NCBI RefSeq assembly: GCF_006345805.1
Contig: NC_043012.1
Location: 17,236,001-17,300,000, forward strand
DNA from: Octopus sinensis
Taxonomy: Eukaryota
Direction of reading: 5' to 3'
Length of the DNA: 64,000 nucleotides
Shown here: positions 39,348-53,090 of the stretch, in pieces
Position numbering within the stretch: position 1 is the first letter of the stretch
Layout: each line of letters starts with the position of its first letter
Position numbers and translations under genes: made by a program
Notes under the pieces: generated by a model
What the model was told of the DNA's origin: nothing
The model's input: only the letters and a program-made list of their open reading frames with translations
Databases searched by the model: none

Positions 39348-42300
39348 CTGAAAATATAAATGATCATTAGCACCGCCTTACCCTTCCTAACAAGAAACAA
39401 CAATAACAAAAACAAATACGGATAAAAAATATTATTTTAATTATATCTGTATGTATGAGAATTAACTCAGGACATGTTTTGGTTTATTATAACCTCATTA
39501 GCAAAGAACAGATTCCATTGTATTTGTTGAACTACTTAGAAGGGCTTTACCTAAATTAAAGATTACTCAGTGATTAACTTAGAGAATAATTACATGACAT
39601 ATAATTTGGTTTTATACATATTTAAGGCCAGTAAATAATCATGATGCGATATACATATAATGATAAATGCAAACCTAAGTATCCGTCTTTGGCTATTTAC
39701 CTTGTGAGTATTTAAAAAATGCAAAGTGTGCGTATGGTAGCGAAATAACAATGGTTATATTAATTTGATAGTCAAGTCGTCAGTCCAAACGTGTGAGTTC
39801 ATAACCGCTACATTTCTTCTCTTGTGTTTCTTGTCTGCGCCATATTGCTCACTTGAGTTCATTTCAGTGTTTACCGAGAAAGATATTTATGTGAATATAA
39901 TGTTCTTGTCATTGAGAACGGTCTTTCTTCCTAGGGGAAGTGGTGGCGGTGGTGAGAAGGAAATAATCTTCGAAATAGATTATCGATTCCTGAAGGATAA
40001 AAGCTAAATTTTACATCGGTGAAATGTGAATTCAGTATGGGAAAAGACATAACCACGCAAGATATTTTGTCAGTTGCTCAAATGATTTTAACCAGTTCTT
40101 TAATCTAAATATATTTGATCTTTTCACTAGAAAATGAAAAGAAGCCTTATCTGAAGAACATTATCTGTAGAAGCAATCCCAGAGGTATTCACTGATATAT
40201 CTTATGTCGTTTGACATATTTGTGAAGATGTATTTGCTATGGGCACAAGACCAAGAAGCCACAGATAATCACCAACTCTCAAATACCTTTCGGCACTTAT
40301 AGGAACATTTATTTAGTGCTTGAGAAATCATTATTAGAAACGCATCTTTAGTAAGACGGAGTAGCCACCTCGTAGTGCCATGTTTTTCAGGAGCGGTCCT
40401 TCACTTTGGTTCGAGTATTATAGCTAAAATCGTCAAAATATAATTGCTAAAACTTCAGTGGAATGTAAACAGTACTTAGCAATTTAATAACTTGAAACTC
40501 TCTCCTTTTTGCAACTCTTGGGATTATGAAAGATGTTCGGATCAACTGAAAGAAGATAGTGACATATTTAAGAAAATGTATTCCAGCTTCCGGCTCCTGT
40601 AGAGTTATATGACTTGCATGTTTTACAGTGAGTTCTTTTCTTCAAAAGACGCATTTATAACAATGGTTTCTTGCATATAGATATATTGACTGAACTGCCG
40701 ATACTAATCTGATATAATATGACAAATCTGTTATTACTGAACTACACATTATAAGTGGATGTATCAAATCTGTTATTAATAAATTGCTATTGACTATGGA
40801 TGCATGTAACAATGCTATTAATATTGAACAGTCCATAGAGTTGAGTGAAGCAGACAAATTTGTTATTACTAAGCCATCCTCAACTATGGCCAAAGGACGT
40901 AACCTTGCAGTAAGTGAATGAGACAGATATTATTACTAAACAATACATAGCGATTGCAGAAGGTTGTAACCCAGCTGTGAGTGAATTAGATATAAATAGT
41001 ATTACTGTCTAATGGCTGAAGGACTGAAATCTCTCAGAATGAAAGGCGTATTATAAATCTTTCGTGACAATTACCAATAATAACAATGTAAAATCTAATT
41101 ACAGAACAAATGGTGTTAAGTAAACAAAATTGCTTTGCTGACCAATTTTAATTCCCAGACTTCTTTGTCAGCCGGCCAAAAGTTAATCTTTGATTGCAAA
41201 TAGAAAGTAAAGGATTCGAACTAAATCGGTTACACATTTTGATTTCGACTGCTTCAGTAAAATCTTTCATAACATAGACGTTACTGAAACTACAAAACAA
41301 TAATTATACTAAAAATCTAATAAACATTCAATAATGTAAAACATAGAAACAATCTATTTCCTATCATTGAAATCTATAGATTATTAAAGATTTCTGTGAC
41401 TCATTAGGTCAGACATTTTGTCTTATCAGTATTTATGTAAATATGTGATTTAAATTGAATCTGATTGGCCTTAGGAAATGAATGGCTGTCGGATTTAAGC
41501 TATTCATTCTAAGTATTCGTTGAATATATACACTTTTCGCTTGAGCCTTCAATTGTTTGATTACAATGCTTGTGACATTGATTGTTTTGAAAAGGTCGAT
41601 TCACTAAGAGAATTTCTGTTGTGGCGCTACAGTTGTCTGATGTACTCTGCAGAAATTACATTTGTGAACGAACAATGGTATATATTTCGCGTTATTTAAT
41701 AACAAAAAAATCAACGAGCTAGAGGAAGATTATCCTCAAGCTAATGGCAAAAAAATTAACTTAACATGCAGGATAAAAATAAATAAATAAATAAATGCTC
41801 GATATATAGTTTTCGCAAAAAAGACAAAATGTTATTTTTATTACAAATACCGAAACTGCAACATTTCAATATAGCCAAGTCTTAATGATAATGAACTCTC
41901 GAACTCCTGTGAAAAACAGCAATATATTTTTTCTAATTAAAAACGAAATACGTTTGCAGCTTGGCGTTGGATGCAGTGATCAATCTTTGGTGCCAACTTA
42001 AAATCAATACATTACGATTGAGAGGAAGTCGAAGTGTTTCTTTTAGTTTCATTAATTTCAAAACCTTTGCTACTATTTTTTATGCATCATTATTCATTTG
42101 TTTAATTTTTTTCTTTCTTTCGAATGAGCCAGGAGACAGTTTCGTTTCTAAGCTCAGCGGGCAGAATTGCGTACCAAAATAAAGTAAAAAGTTTGCTTAT
42201 AGAGTTTTCATGAATTGCCATAAAAGAAAATTTCAGTATAAATTTGACAGACTTTATAGATATTGTCTACTGTAGACGCATCTTAGTATCTTAGTATAAG

Positions 42301-42594
42301 GGGAAGTAGATTATTTTATACTATTATAGACATTCAATAACATGTTGAAATTTTAGTTGTAAACAGGAAATAGACTAATTCCATTATAGGAATTATAATA
42401 CTTCATAAATTAGACTTTCATAGCAATTATTTTTCACAATTACAATTATATTTCAATAACAAATAAACACATCAGCCAAAGAATTTCTGCAAATGAAAGA
42501 ATGTTTATAAATTGATAAATATGTATAGTTTTGTAACTGAGGAAAAGGAAAGAAAAAAAAAGTACTGCCCAGAAGTTATGTGCTCGTTATTTGT

Positions 42595-42970
42595 AAAAGC
42601 GTGTAGCCTGGTGATTAGAGTGTCTGTATCATGATCGTTAGGTCAATCTTTGGATCGGGTGGCATGTTGCGTTCGTGATGAAAACATATAATTTCATGTT
42701 GCTCTCTTGTTCTCAAATGTGAGTAGTAGCAACCTGAATACTGGTTCAGCACATTCTTCTTTTACTGTCACATTCTTGATGCTGTATTGGTCAAGAGGAA
42801 GGGGCACGAGGAGAGGGAGTCTGTGTTTCATCGCGAATGCTTCAACACCGAAAGTGATTAGTGAGAATACGGTACAGGTTCACAAGAGAAGAGTGGCTGC
42901 AATATCTCCTGTTTGATTCCGGGTCAGTCCTGAGCGGACAAACATAATCACAAGATATTCTGGCCATGAT
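42595..42970 (+). mobile_element. Diverged tRNA-derived SINE (family C-like)
   Basis: gtgtagcctggtgattagagtg head and ttgattccgggtcagtcctgagcggacaaac; the reverse of a similar motif occurs at 47100-47135. Confidence 0.5.
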
Positions 42971-44539
42971 CATACCATCTTATTTTATTAATAAGCCACA
43001 AAAGAGGAAACTCCCTCCTCGTTGCTATTATAAACTCTTCAAAAATAATGCTGTTCACAACCAGAATCCTATAGTCACTTCAGTACTCCAGTCCACCTCA
43101 ATCTCCCTACTTCCTTTCAAAGCCACCGATCACATCATTAAAATCTTCAAACCTCTTCCATCTAATTCCTCTACGAACTTCACAAGTCTGGCATTCTCAG
43201 TGACCATCACCCCTTGTTTCTATATACCTTAGCACTCTAATGTTACAAAAAGCTGCCGTCCTTTGCGCTCATACCAGTGAGCCCTTGATTTCTTCACTTG
43301 TTTTCCCTTCTTATTTGGACATCATAAACGTCTCTTCATTGTCAATATTAAATCATTAGCTCTATCATCCCTCTCGAAAAAAGATCTTCTGTCTTGAATT
43401 TCTTTGGTCTGCCGCAGTAGACTCGAATCTAGTATCCCCAAATATCACCACCTCGTTGAACTCGTCTTCATCTTAACCGCCTTCTCCCTTTGTATTTTTA
43501 GAAATAAATGCATTGAATACCCATAGGTATCCAGGTCACTGAGAACCACACTTGAGGCCGGTATACTGGGATGAACTGTACGGACACTCTGCCGATTAAA
43601 TCGGCGCCATCTTACTCATATCAACAGTGGAATCCATTCCTCTCTCCTCTATCCATCTGTATTCTTCTGTTCAGTGTTAACTCACTGGTTTGCTGACCTC
43701 TGTTCCTCCTATGTCCCATACTCCACATCTACTGTCATCTTCTTTATGCAATACATTTTGCTTCACGATCTTTGCGGTAAAGCCTCTGACTTGCACATTA
43801 AGTCGGAGCAAATGCATCAGTTTTTCCTCTAATAACATGACCCCACAATCGATTGCAGACGCTGCACTTTCCTTCAAACCCTCGACATTAACCGAACAAC
43901 TAACCTTTGTCACGCACACGCCAGCCCACAGGCCGCATCTCGTTCGACCATACTTCATCCTGCAATCTGACTTCTTTAATCTTCTTTAATTCTTAGTTTC
44001 CGCTGCTCCGTTTACCTCGTGTTTCAGATTCAGGACCCGCTTGCATCAATCATCTTTCTAAACATTTTGATTTCACTCTTCACGTTATTTCGTCAATCAT
44101 TCCACATCATTCCATTTATTTTGTTGTAAGCATGCTCAAACCTCAAAGCCACAGAGCCACCGTCTTTCTCTCTGACGAAATTCTCATTCCTAAACGTTAG
44201 GATCTTCACTTTTCACGGCAATCTTATGAATTGAACTGTTTTATGAACTCTTTTATATCCGCTAACTTCCTTTGATTTCTGAATTAACTTTTTACTCTAA
44301 AAGTCTCTCTCTACGAAATTAGGGACGTTTTCTTTTCTAATATACCTTCGACAAAATAGGATAACATGGTAAGCTCTATTGTTCAGTTAAATGCCAGTGG
44401 TTCTGGTTTATTAGATGAGAGCTGAATGAGAGAAAGAAATTTATTAATCAGTAGAGATTCTGATACAGTGTGGATATCTGAATATACCTTATTTCCTTTC
44501 ACTTAGATTGTTAATAGCCTTAGAAAAGAAATGAATATT

Positions 44540-44794
44540 TTAACTAAAAATCTGGCCTTAATTTCCTGAGAGGGAGAGGTTGAGAGAGAGTATGTGTATG
44601 AGGGAGAGTGGGAGAGACAGGAAGTGAGAGGTAGAAAGTGACACAGAAGCTTCTGGCAACGGAGAGCCAGAGAGAGAAAGAGGAAAAAGAAAAAAAAATG
44701 AGAGAGAATCGAGAATGAGAGTGAGGGTAAGAGTAAGGCAGAAATCTAGAGGATGAAAGAGTCATATAAATAGAGAAACAGCTAGGGAGGGAGG

Positions 44795-44870
<76 letters not shown>
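44540..44870. repeat. Polypurine (GA)n tract
   Basis: Read directly. Confidence 0.93.
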
Positions 44871-44873
<3 letters not shown>

Positions 44874-47059
44874 CGGGTCAGACAGACATAAACAGTTAAA
44901 TAGTTATGAGAAAAGTAATGCAGCTTCGGCAAATAGAAAGGATAAAAACAAAATATTTATTTAATTATTTGATCAACGTATATAATAAAACGAAATAAAA
45001 GATACCATTTATATTTCCATTATACGACATACAATATAATCTATTTTGTATAAGCAAAGCTAAGAACAATGTTTTGGGTTAAAACCCAAGAAAATTAGAC
45101 CACGTGATTAGGAATTGGATTACACTTGAGAATAGATTAAAGAAACTAGAAATTGAATTGCGATAGATTAGTTTCGAATTATGTGCTGTTATTAACTTGG
45201 CTTTTAGGCTAAAACAATACCCATCGTAAGACTAAGTGTATCTATTTGCTTATATCTTATTTTATATGGAAACTGGTGAACAATAGCGTCGTTTACACGT
45301 CCACAAAGCATTTCTAGCATTTCTAGATTGTGGTGGTGCATATCCATATCCTTTACCGATATCTTGGCATGATAAAGGTGTACAATACTGTAATATAGAA
45401 CCAATTTGTTATTATTTTCTTTATAACCAACCCTGGCAGTTATTTTCTCATGCAGCCTCTGAGGTCGTGCCCATTCATCCCGAACCGTACTGGTCAGGCA
45501 TCAACAAGCCTGCAACAGATGTGGACATCTCTTTCTCTCTCCCTCTCTCCCTCTCTCTCTCTCTCCCTCTCTCTCTCTCTCTAAATCTTCGCTCGCGAAT
45601 GCACGGTAAGAAAAAATGGTACTAAACTAGCAAATGGAAGGAAGTATGCAGAGCTCAATCTAAATGTATAGAGTCTGCTATTTACGATCCTTAGCATTCT
45701 GTTTTCAGATCTCCCCCTAGGCTCAAATTTTCTCTTCTTCCTTTCACCTTGATAAAATAAGAACTGGTAAGATGTTGGATGAATCATAGGCCATGTCCTT
45801 TTCCTACAAACTTAATACCTGAGCCACAGGTAGATAGGTTAGAATCCGGTTTTAAACATTATCATGTCGGTGAGATCTTCCCATTTTATGCCTATAGAGT
45901 TGGCATTAACAAGCAGAACAAAAAGTTTATTTCAGGATTTTGGCTTAAGTTTTTCTTCAGTGAGTTAAAGCCGGTCACACCAAAGCGACAACAATGTTTG
46001 ATTTAACAAAAGTTCCCGGAGTTTGTAAGATTCGGTTGAGTTGTTTATTATGCAATATACGAGTTGAATTCCTTTGATAATCATTTCTAGCATAGATGCA
46101 AGGCCTGAACTTTGTGGGAGTTGGTCAGCCGATAGCATCGGTCCAAATGCATTTCTGATACTTTTATTCATACTGAAAAAAAAATGAAAGACAAAATTAA
46201 TGTTGGCTGGATTGGAAACCACAATGTTTAGCTTGACATCCTAGCGAATCAAACACGTAAATTCCTACATTGTGACTTCTATCACTGGGCTAGTATTTGC
46301 GGTATTTGTAGCTACACAATAGCGGCAACGAATATCACATTTTACGTTGCAGTAAAACTAGAAGCAGCAGGCCTATACAATCAATTCACAAACCCTAAAC
46401 GTTAGATTTCCTTTGCTCACTGGAAACCAATTTTGTCCATTTTTGAACTGTTTGCACTCACTAATTGCTAATACAGAGCTTCATCAGATTCTTCTGATCT
46501 TACTGTTTACTCTACAGGCAAAGTTAACATTTGCCACTATTATAAACGAGTAAATTAAAACCTCTAAAGACTAGTGTTACATTAGCTGCTTCTGTGAGCA
46601 AATAAACTATAATGGTTATTAGTAAATTGGACGTTAACATAATGTGGTTGAACCAAATAATTTTTATCAAGTATAACTGCATCCAGTGTGAGAAAAATGC
46701 AATCATTATCGCCATGGTGTAACTCCGGTTAAAAGAAGAGATGGGAGCTCACTCTAGAATTTATTAAAATCAATTAAATATTTAATGCAATGGTAAAGGA
46801 AGTCTGATATCTTGGAATACGGGATACAACTTCTAGAATATTTAGATTTTATTAGATTTTATTGCTCAGAGATTTTCGCTGGAAACACCTGACTTCCCAG
46901 AAAACATCAAATTGGTTTTCTCCTATTGAAAGTAAAACCACACAGTTCACTCGCAAGCAATTGTGATTTCGTAACATGTACTATAATTTCATTAATTGCT
47001 TTGGGTGCATCTGTAGTCTCGGTCCGCTCATGCTCGATAGAGATAAGCATTAAGGAACT

Positions 47060-47266
47060 GAAAGCTGGAGAAAAGTCTACTTCCCAACACTCGACTGTTG
47101 CTTAGCTGTATCTGAGCAGACAAGAGCAGCTAAGATGAAGTCTTTGCACAGGAACACAATACACCTCCCACTCCAGGAATTGAACTCATCATCTTACGAT
47201 AGTCTTACCACTCGGCTACGATCGTCTTACCACTCGGCTACGATCGTCTTACCACTCGGCTACGAT
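47060..47266 (-). mobile_element. tRNA-derived SINE with triplicated 22-bp A-box unit
   Basis: Minus strand: (gatcgtagccgagtggtaagac)x3 then gagttcaattcc; period 22 at 47202, 47224, 47246. Confidence 0.7.
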
Positions 47267-47574
47267 CCTTCACATATTTAATGTAGTGAAGAACATAATC
47301 TAATTAAATAGCTCAATGATTAATATTGCTATAACCTGGTCTTGGCAAGTACGGTCGATAACTTGGAACATGTTTCAGTCTTATTAAACCTCCTTATTTA
47401 CGCATTGTCTTTGCGTACTTGCCACTATGTGGATATAAAAAAAAGTGTGCAATAACATACTGGGTGTCAACAGTCAGAAATACTGAGAAATAAATTACTC
47501 AGACATACACCCAAGGATTATCGTGAAAATATATTTCTAAATCTCTCAGAGAGGTTTATGCAGTAGCAGTACGA

Positions 47575-47691
47575 TAAAGTGATAGCATGTTATCAACTTA
47601 ATGCGAGAGTCCCATAAAAGGGCTAAATAACAGTAGCATTCTTCCCTTTTATGGGACTGTCACATTAAGTTGACAACACACTATCACTTTA
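47575..47691. mobile_element. 117-bp fold-back element related to 5894-6252 and 53391-53637
   Basis: taaagtgatag...gtcccataaaaggg pairs with cccttttatgggactgtcacattaagttgacaacacactatcacttta; shares TGTCAACTYAAYGTGACAGTCCC with the 53-kb element. Confidence 0.75.
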
Positions 47692-48029
47692 AGGATTATC
47701 GTAATCCTTATCCCACTCTGAGACCGAAATAGTGAGACCGAAATAAGGTAATGCAACACGATATTTCCTTTGGCGTTTAATCAACTTATACACAAGTCTT
47801 ACTTTCTATAACGATATAAATTTGACTATAAACAAAAGATAATAATTATGTTGCGAACACCGTACGGCAAACAAATCATGCAATACTATTCACAAAGAGT
47901 TAATTAAAATCAATGTTTTCTCATACAAATTTAGATCATGTGGTTTACGGAAATTTTCGTAATTATCTAGCAATATTTATAGGTGGAAAGAATATATAAC
48001 ACGTTGAATAGACTGTATTCTTGCATAAA

Positions 48030-48630
48030 TTAACTTTTTTTTGCTAATCTTCTTTCCTTTCCTTTCCTTTTCTTTTCTTTTCTTTTCTTTTCTTTCTTTC
48101 TTTCTTTTATTTCATTTACTTTTACCATCTTCACAGCATTTGTCTTGTTGTTGTTGTTGTTGTTGTTGTTGCTGAGGTTGCTATCATTATTATTCTTGCC
48201 GTAGTCGTTATTGTTGATGTTGTTGTTATAATTATTCATCATCGTCATCAAAATCTTCTTCCCCTTCTTCTTCTTCTTCTTCTTCTTCTTCTTCTTCTCC
48301 TCCTCCTCCGCACCTCCTCTTCTTCCTCCTCCTCTTCCTTCTCCACCCTCCTCCTCCTTCTCCTTCTTCTTCTTCTTCTTTTTCTTCTTCTTTTTCTTCT
48401 TAACTCTTTCTCCCTTACCTTCCTTTACCATCGTTTTATTCTTCTTCTTCTTGTTCTTATTCTTCTTGTTCTTGTTCTTGTTCTTGTTCTCCTTCTTCTT
48501 CTTCTTCTTCTTCTTCTCCTTCCACTTCTTCTTCTTCTTCTTCTTCTTCTCCTCCTCTTCTTCTTCTTCTTCTTCTTCTTCTCCTCCTCTTCTTCTTCTT
48601 CTTCTTCTTCTCTTCTTCTTCTTCTTCTTT
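48030..48630. repeat. ~600-bp compound pyrimidine-rich tract: (CTTTT)n, (TTG)n, (CTT)n, (CCT)n
   Basis: Read directly; source of the K/E/R-rich 208-aa ORF. Confidence 0.95.
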
Positions 48631-49110
48631 AGGTCTCTAAAAATTCGTCGAAACATCGATTTTTCTCTCTCATTAATTCGTTTAGTGATTTTGTAACATG
48701 TCTGCTGTCTGCGATGGCGAGTAATAAATATGTGATGGTGGCATAATTATTATTATTTGAGAGAAACTGAAATAATAATCACCATAAAGGCGACAAAGTC
48801 ACATCATGCTGCACAATAAAATTATAATATAATCGCATGTACAAGCGAGTAGTTGTACGCACTCACACAAGTCATACATACGCACACACGTCATTTAGTC
48901 TTTATATATATATACATGTGAGTGTATTTTTGTGTGTATATGTGTGTACATATACATGTGTATATGAGTATATAATATACACACACATTTACATACAAAT
49001 GCACATACACACAATTATATATAAATATATATTACATACATATACATACCTACATGCATATATATATATATATATATAAATATATATGTATGTATTTATG
49101 CATGTATAAA

Positions 49111-49191
<81 letters not shown>

Positions 49192-50647
49192 TTGTAGAAA
49201 AATGACGTACAAATGTAAACATTAGTACAGAAAGTTGACTTATTTAATGTTAGAATACGTTTTTACAGAAAAAATTATAATGAAGTTGACTTTTATTTAT
49301 GCTGGACAGTATAATGCTTACGTTTTCTGTATAAATTTACTAAAACCATTAAATGGACAGCTACGTTTTGAAGTTTGACGTTCATGCTGGTAATCACGAT
49401 CCGGGCCATATTTTACATTGCTTGGAATATCTGCCTATCGCAATGGAGCCCAACAATTTCCTTAGACAGATCAGTTTTTCTCCGCTTAAGAAGCCTAGCT
49501 TGAGTTTTCCTCCATGGAAGCTATTGCTCGCTTTCTCCGTGTTAGGACAATGATATTCATCACCGTCGACATCGCCGCTACCAGCTCTTACTGCATCTAA
49601 CGCTGACGACAACATCATACTTCATCCTTGTGCATGGAAACTCATTAAGTGAATATGACCTAGCGTTCGTATAGAAACCTTCATTTACCTTATGCGATGT
49701 TTAATGTCGTTTCACATTCATGTTGAATTATGCAGCAATCTTATGTTTTCTTGATTGAACTCTTGTAATATATGTATTACCCGTTCTTTTGGCATAGTAG
49801 ATTTTTGCTATTCTTGTATATTAGTGTATATTCTAATAAGTCGCTTATTAAATTTCGCACCTCTTTTGTTCAATAGACACTGAGTTAAACTTGCAAAGCT
49901 GTTATCTTCTCCTTTCAATTTTTAATGTTTATTTTAGCGGGTTACCAAACTGTCAGTTTGGTCTCCCGGCTGAAATGGTTATGGCAAATTTTAAAGTTTG
50001 CTTGGAATTTTACAAGTGTGAAAAGGATTAAAATTTCGGTACTCTGTATTCAAGGTTCCGGCAAAAAATAGGCAGAAAATCAGAGCTAGAGACAAGACAC
50101 TTTCGACTAATCAGAATTCTATTTACATAATCAGGTTGATCGGTCACCTTCGTCTGACGGTTGAGTAAAGTGTCATCCAAGATGATGTTTATTGGTGATT
50201 AAATTTATTTTGCAACACTGTGCGTATGTGTCAGCTTTGTCTTTATTGATAATTCTTATCAACAACTTTTCATGTGATCGTGATTTGAGAAGACATACAG
50301 AAGAATGCTAAAGATCGGATATAATCTCTTGTGGGCAAGAAATGTAAAATAAAGTTTATTATAAACAACACAAACACTTCGTAATTTAATAGCTTTCAAT
50401 GTAATACCTGTTAAACAGAAATTATTTTTATTTAATGAAAATTTAATAAAATCTAATCATACGTAAGTGAAATTATGCTAAATACAACTAAATCAAAAAA
50501 TCTTTTCCCATGGCCAAATCGGCAATTCTGAAAACTTTTGGGTGCCAATTTTTACACGAGTAAAGCTTTATTTCAGCAATTTTTTATCCTGAAAATCACC
50601 AGCGTAAATTACACAGGTGCACAAATTACGAGGGTTTTTACGTTATA

Positions 50648-50988
50648 TAAAAGTAAAGGGTAAAGAACCACTTCGGTCATGAATTACTGTGGGATTGTAA
50701 CTAGAAAGTTTCCCTCTGAGGCACAAGTTCGAGCAAGGTTGTTTATAGAAGACCAGCAGTTGCTCATCATGCATACTAGCCTCCCCACGACACAGATCCT
50801 ATCCAAGAGCAAGGCAAAGACCGATACACCTTGGCACCAGCTTGACACCATTTCTACAACTGAGGTAACTAGAGGAATGAGAAATATAGTGTCTTCTCAA
50901 GAACACAGCACACAGCCCGGCCCGAGAATAGAACTCAGAAACTCACGATTAAGAGCGAGAGGGTCTAACCACTAAACTATGCGCCTTC

Positions 50989-50990
<2 letters not shown>
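50648..50990 (-). mobile_element. tRNA-derived SINE, family C
   Basis: Aligns with 63400-63702 (ggtcatgaat...aaggcaaag-c-gataca-ttggcacc...agtgtctt-ctcaagaac...aaccact-a-ctatgcgcc). Confidence 0.75.
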
Positions 50991-51051
<61 letters not shown>

Positions 51052-51057
51052 CATACA

Positions 51058-52322
51058 CAGGTGTTGGACAAAATAATGGAAACACCATTAATGGAAACGA
51101 CATAGCATCATAATTTTGAAATATCTATAAAACCATCAAAAGCCTCTTTATCTTTATGTGTTTTGATTTATAATTAGCGTTGCTTAACATGCTTTGCTAA
51201 AATTGCTGTTTCTTTTCAGATATCATCAGAAAAAGTAATTAAAATTCATTAAACTGACAGATCTATTAGACTTTCAAAGATGTGCAATTGTTAGTGCTCT
51301 TATGGCAGGCGGTAGCATAACGAAAATAGCTGAAATGTTTGGTGTATCAAGAAGTACTGTCTCGAAAGTAATGAGAGCCTTTGAGAAAGAGGGAAATGCT
51401 TCCTCGTCGAAACAAAACTCTAGAAGAAAAACAAAACATTCAAATAGGGACCGTCTGAATCGTAGAAAGGATCACAAAAGTTCAGCTCCCCAAAATTACT
51501 GCAGAGCTTAATGACCACCTCAAGAACCTAGTTTCCACAAAAAACTGTTCGTCGGGAGCTTGCACAAAACCGGATTTCACGGGTGAGCTGCTATCAGAAC
51601 ATCACCACTTTCAAAAACAAACGTTGCAAAGCGTTTAGAGTAGAGTAAAAACCTACAGAATTGGTCCCTAGAGCAGTGGAAGAATATTATTTTCTCGGAC
51701 GAGTGATCCTTTACTTTATTTCTGACCACTGGCCGAGTATACCTGTGGAGACAGCCAAAGGAAACATTTGATCCAGACTGCCTTCTTCCAACTGTTAAAC
51801 ATGGAGGAGGATCTGTGATGATCTAGGGGGGGACGCTATATCTTAGAAATTCGCCGGCCCAATGTTTCGCCTTGATGGCAGAGTTAATAGTCAAGGCTAT
51901 TTAAGTATGTTATCTGATCAAATTCATCCTATGGTTGTGGAACTGTTTCCGGAGGGAAATGCAATCTTTCAGGATGATGGTGCACCAAATCCCACAGCTA
52001 AAGTTGCTACTGAATGGCACGAAGAACATTCTTGTGAAGTTGAACATCTTATCTGGTCACTACAGTCCCAAGATCTCAATATTATTAAATATTTATGCTG
52101 TATTTTAGAAAAACAAGTAAGGAGTCGACATCCTCTACCATAATCACTACAACAACTGGAGACTGTTTTAGCTGAAGAATGGACAAAAATTCCTTTGCAA
52201 ACAATTCAATCTTCGTACGAGTCCATACATCATACAATTCAAGCTGTATTTACTGCCGAAGGCGGTCCTACCCCACATTGTCAGAAATTTTAAGATGTTT
52301 CCATTATTTTGTCCAACCCCTA
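51058..52322 (+). mobile_element. Full-length, inactivated Tc1-family DNA transposon
   Basis: TIRs caggtgttggacaaaataatggaaaca and tgtttccattattttgtccaaccccta; inserted in (TA)n. Transposase remnants: HTH (IAEMFGVSRSTVSKV), FSDE (~51690), FQDDGAP, SQDLNIIK; multiple stops and frameshifts. Confidence 0.95.
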
Positions 52323-52924
52323 TATATATATATATATCCGCGCAGTAGGACTGAATCAGAAACCACTGACTATAAAGCTGGGTTCTTAGCCACGTCAATT
52401 CCTACATAGAAATATAAAAACCTACTAAAATTTTCGGCAATTAACCTTGGATCTTCGATCTCTCTTGACTCATAATCAATATATTATTCAGAGTATAACT
52501 TTAGTTTCTTTTTCTTATTTAGAATTTGTTGATAGGACGCCATGTCTTTTTTTAAATATTATTTTAATGTTGTGAAAAATAGGGAAGGTTAATGCTTGAG
52601 TTCAGAATTTCGCATGCATTTTCTAATAAGTCGCTTGTAAGATTCAATATTTGATTTTAAGGAAGTCTTCTTTTGATTCCCTGGATCCCTTTTTTTTAAC
52701 AGCTCTTTCTACATGCGATCTCTTCTTTTCACGGAAACTAAATTTCCATTCGCCTTCCGTGCTTCATTTCAATGTTTATATTTATAAAAGTTAATAGTGT
52801 TTGGAGAGATGTGAGGAGATCTTTGTCCTCCATGTAAACTTGAAAATAAAACATTCTGTATTGATATTAACATCAACGCTTTTCAATATTTCAATCATAT
52901 ATGCTTGTACATATACGCAATCCT

Positions 52925-53019
<95 letters not shown>

Positions 53020-53020
53020 C
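52925..53020. repeat. (CTAT)n microsatellite
   Basis: Read directly. Confidence 0.97.
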
Positions 53021-53050
53021 TAAACATATATTTACATTATATATTTATGC

Positions 53051-53090
<40 letters not shown>

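Noticed and set aside
43000-44000. Possible old LINE remnant on minus
   Set aside because: GC-richer and coding-like, but no RT or endonuclease motif could be read with confidence.
45456-45605. Candidate + exon ending at cacg|gtaaga
   Set aside because: Would include a (CT)n tract and has no supporting homology; cannot be distinguished from chance.
45965-46222. Minus-strand ORF with a good acceptor (MNKSIRNAFGPMLSADQLP...)
   Set aside because: No convincing donor, homology or link to other exons.
47194-47266. CRISPR-like array
   Set aside because: Repeats are contiguous with no spacers, in a eukaryotic context.
49394-49618. 74-aa minus-strand ORF
   Set aside because: Short, with no motif and no splice support.
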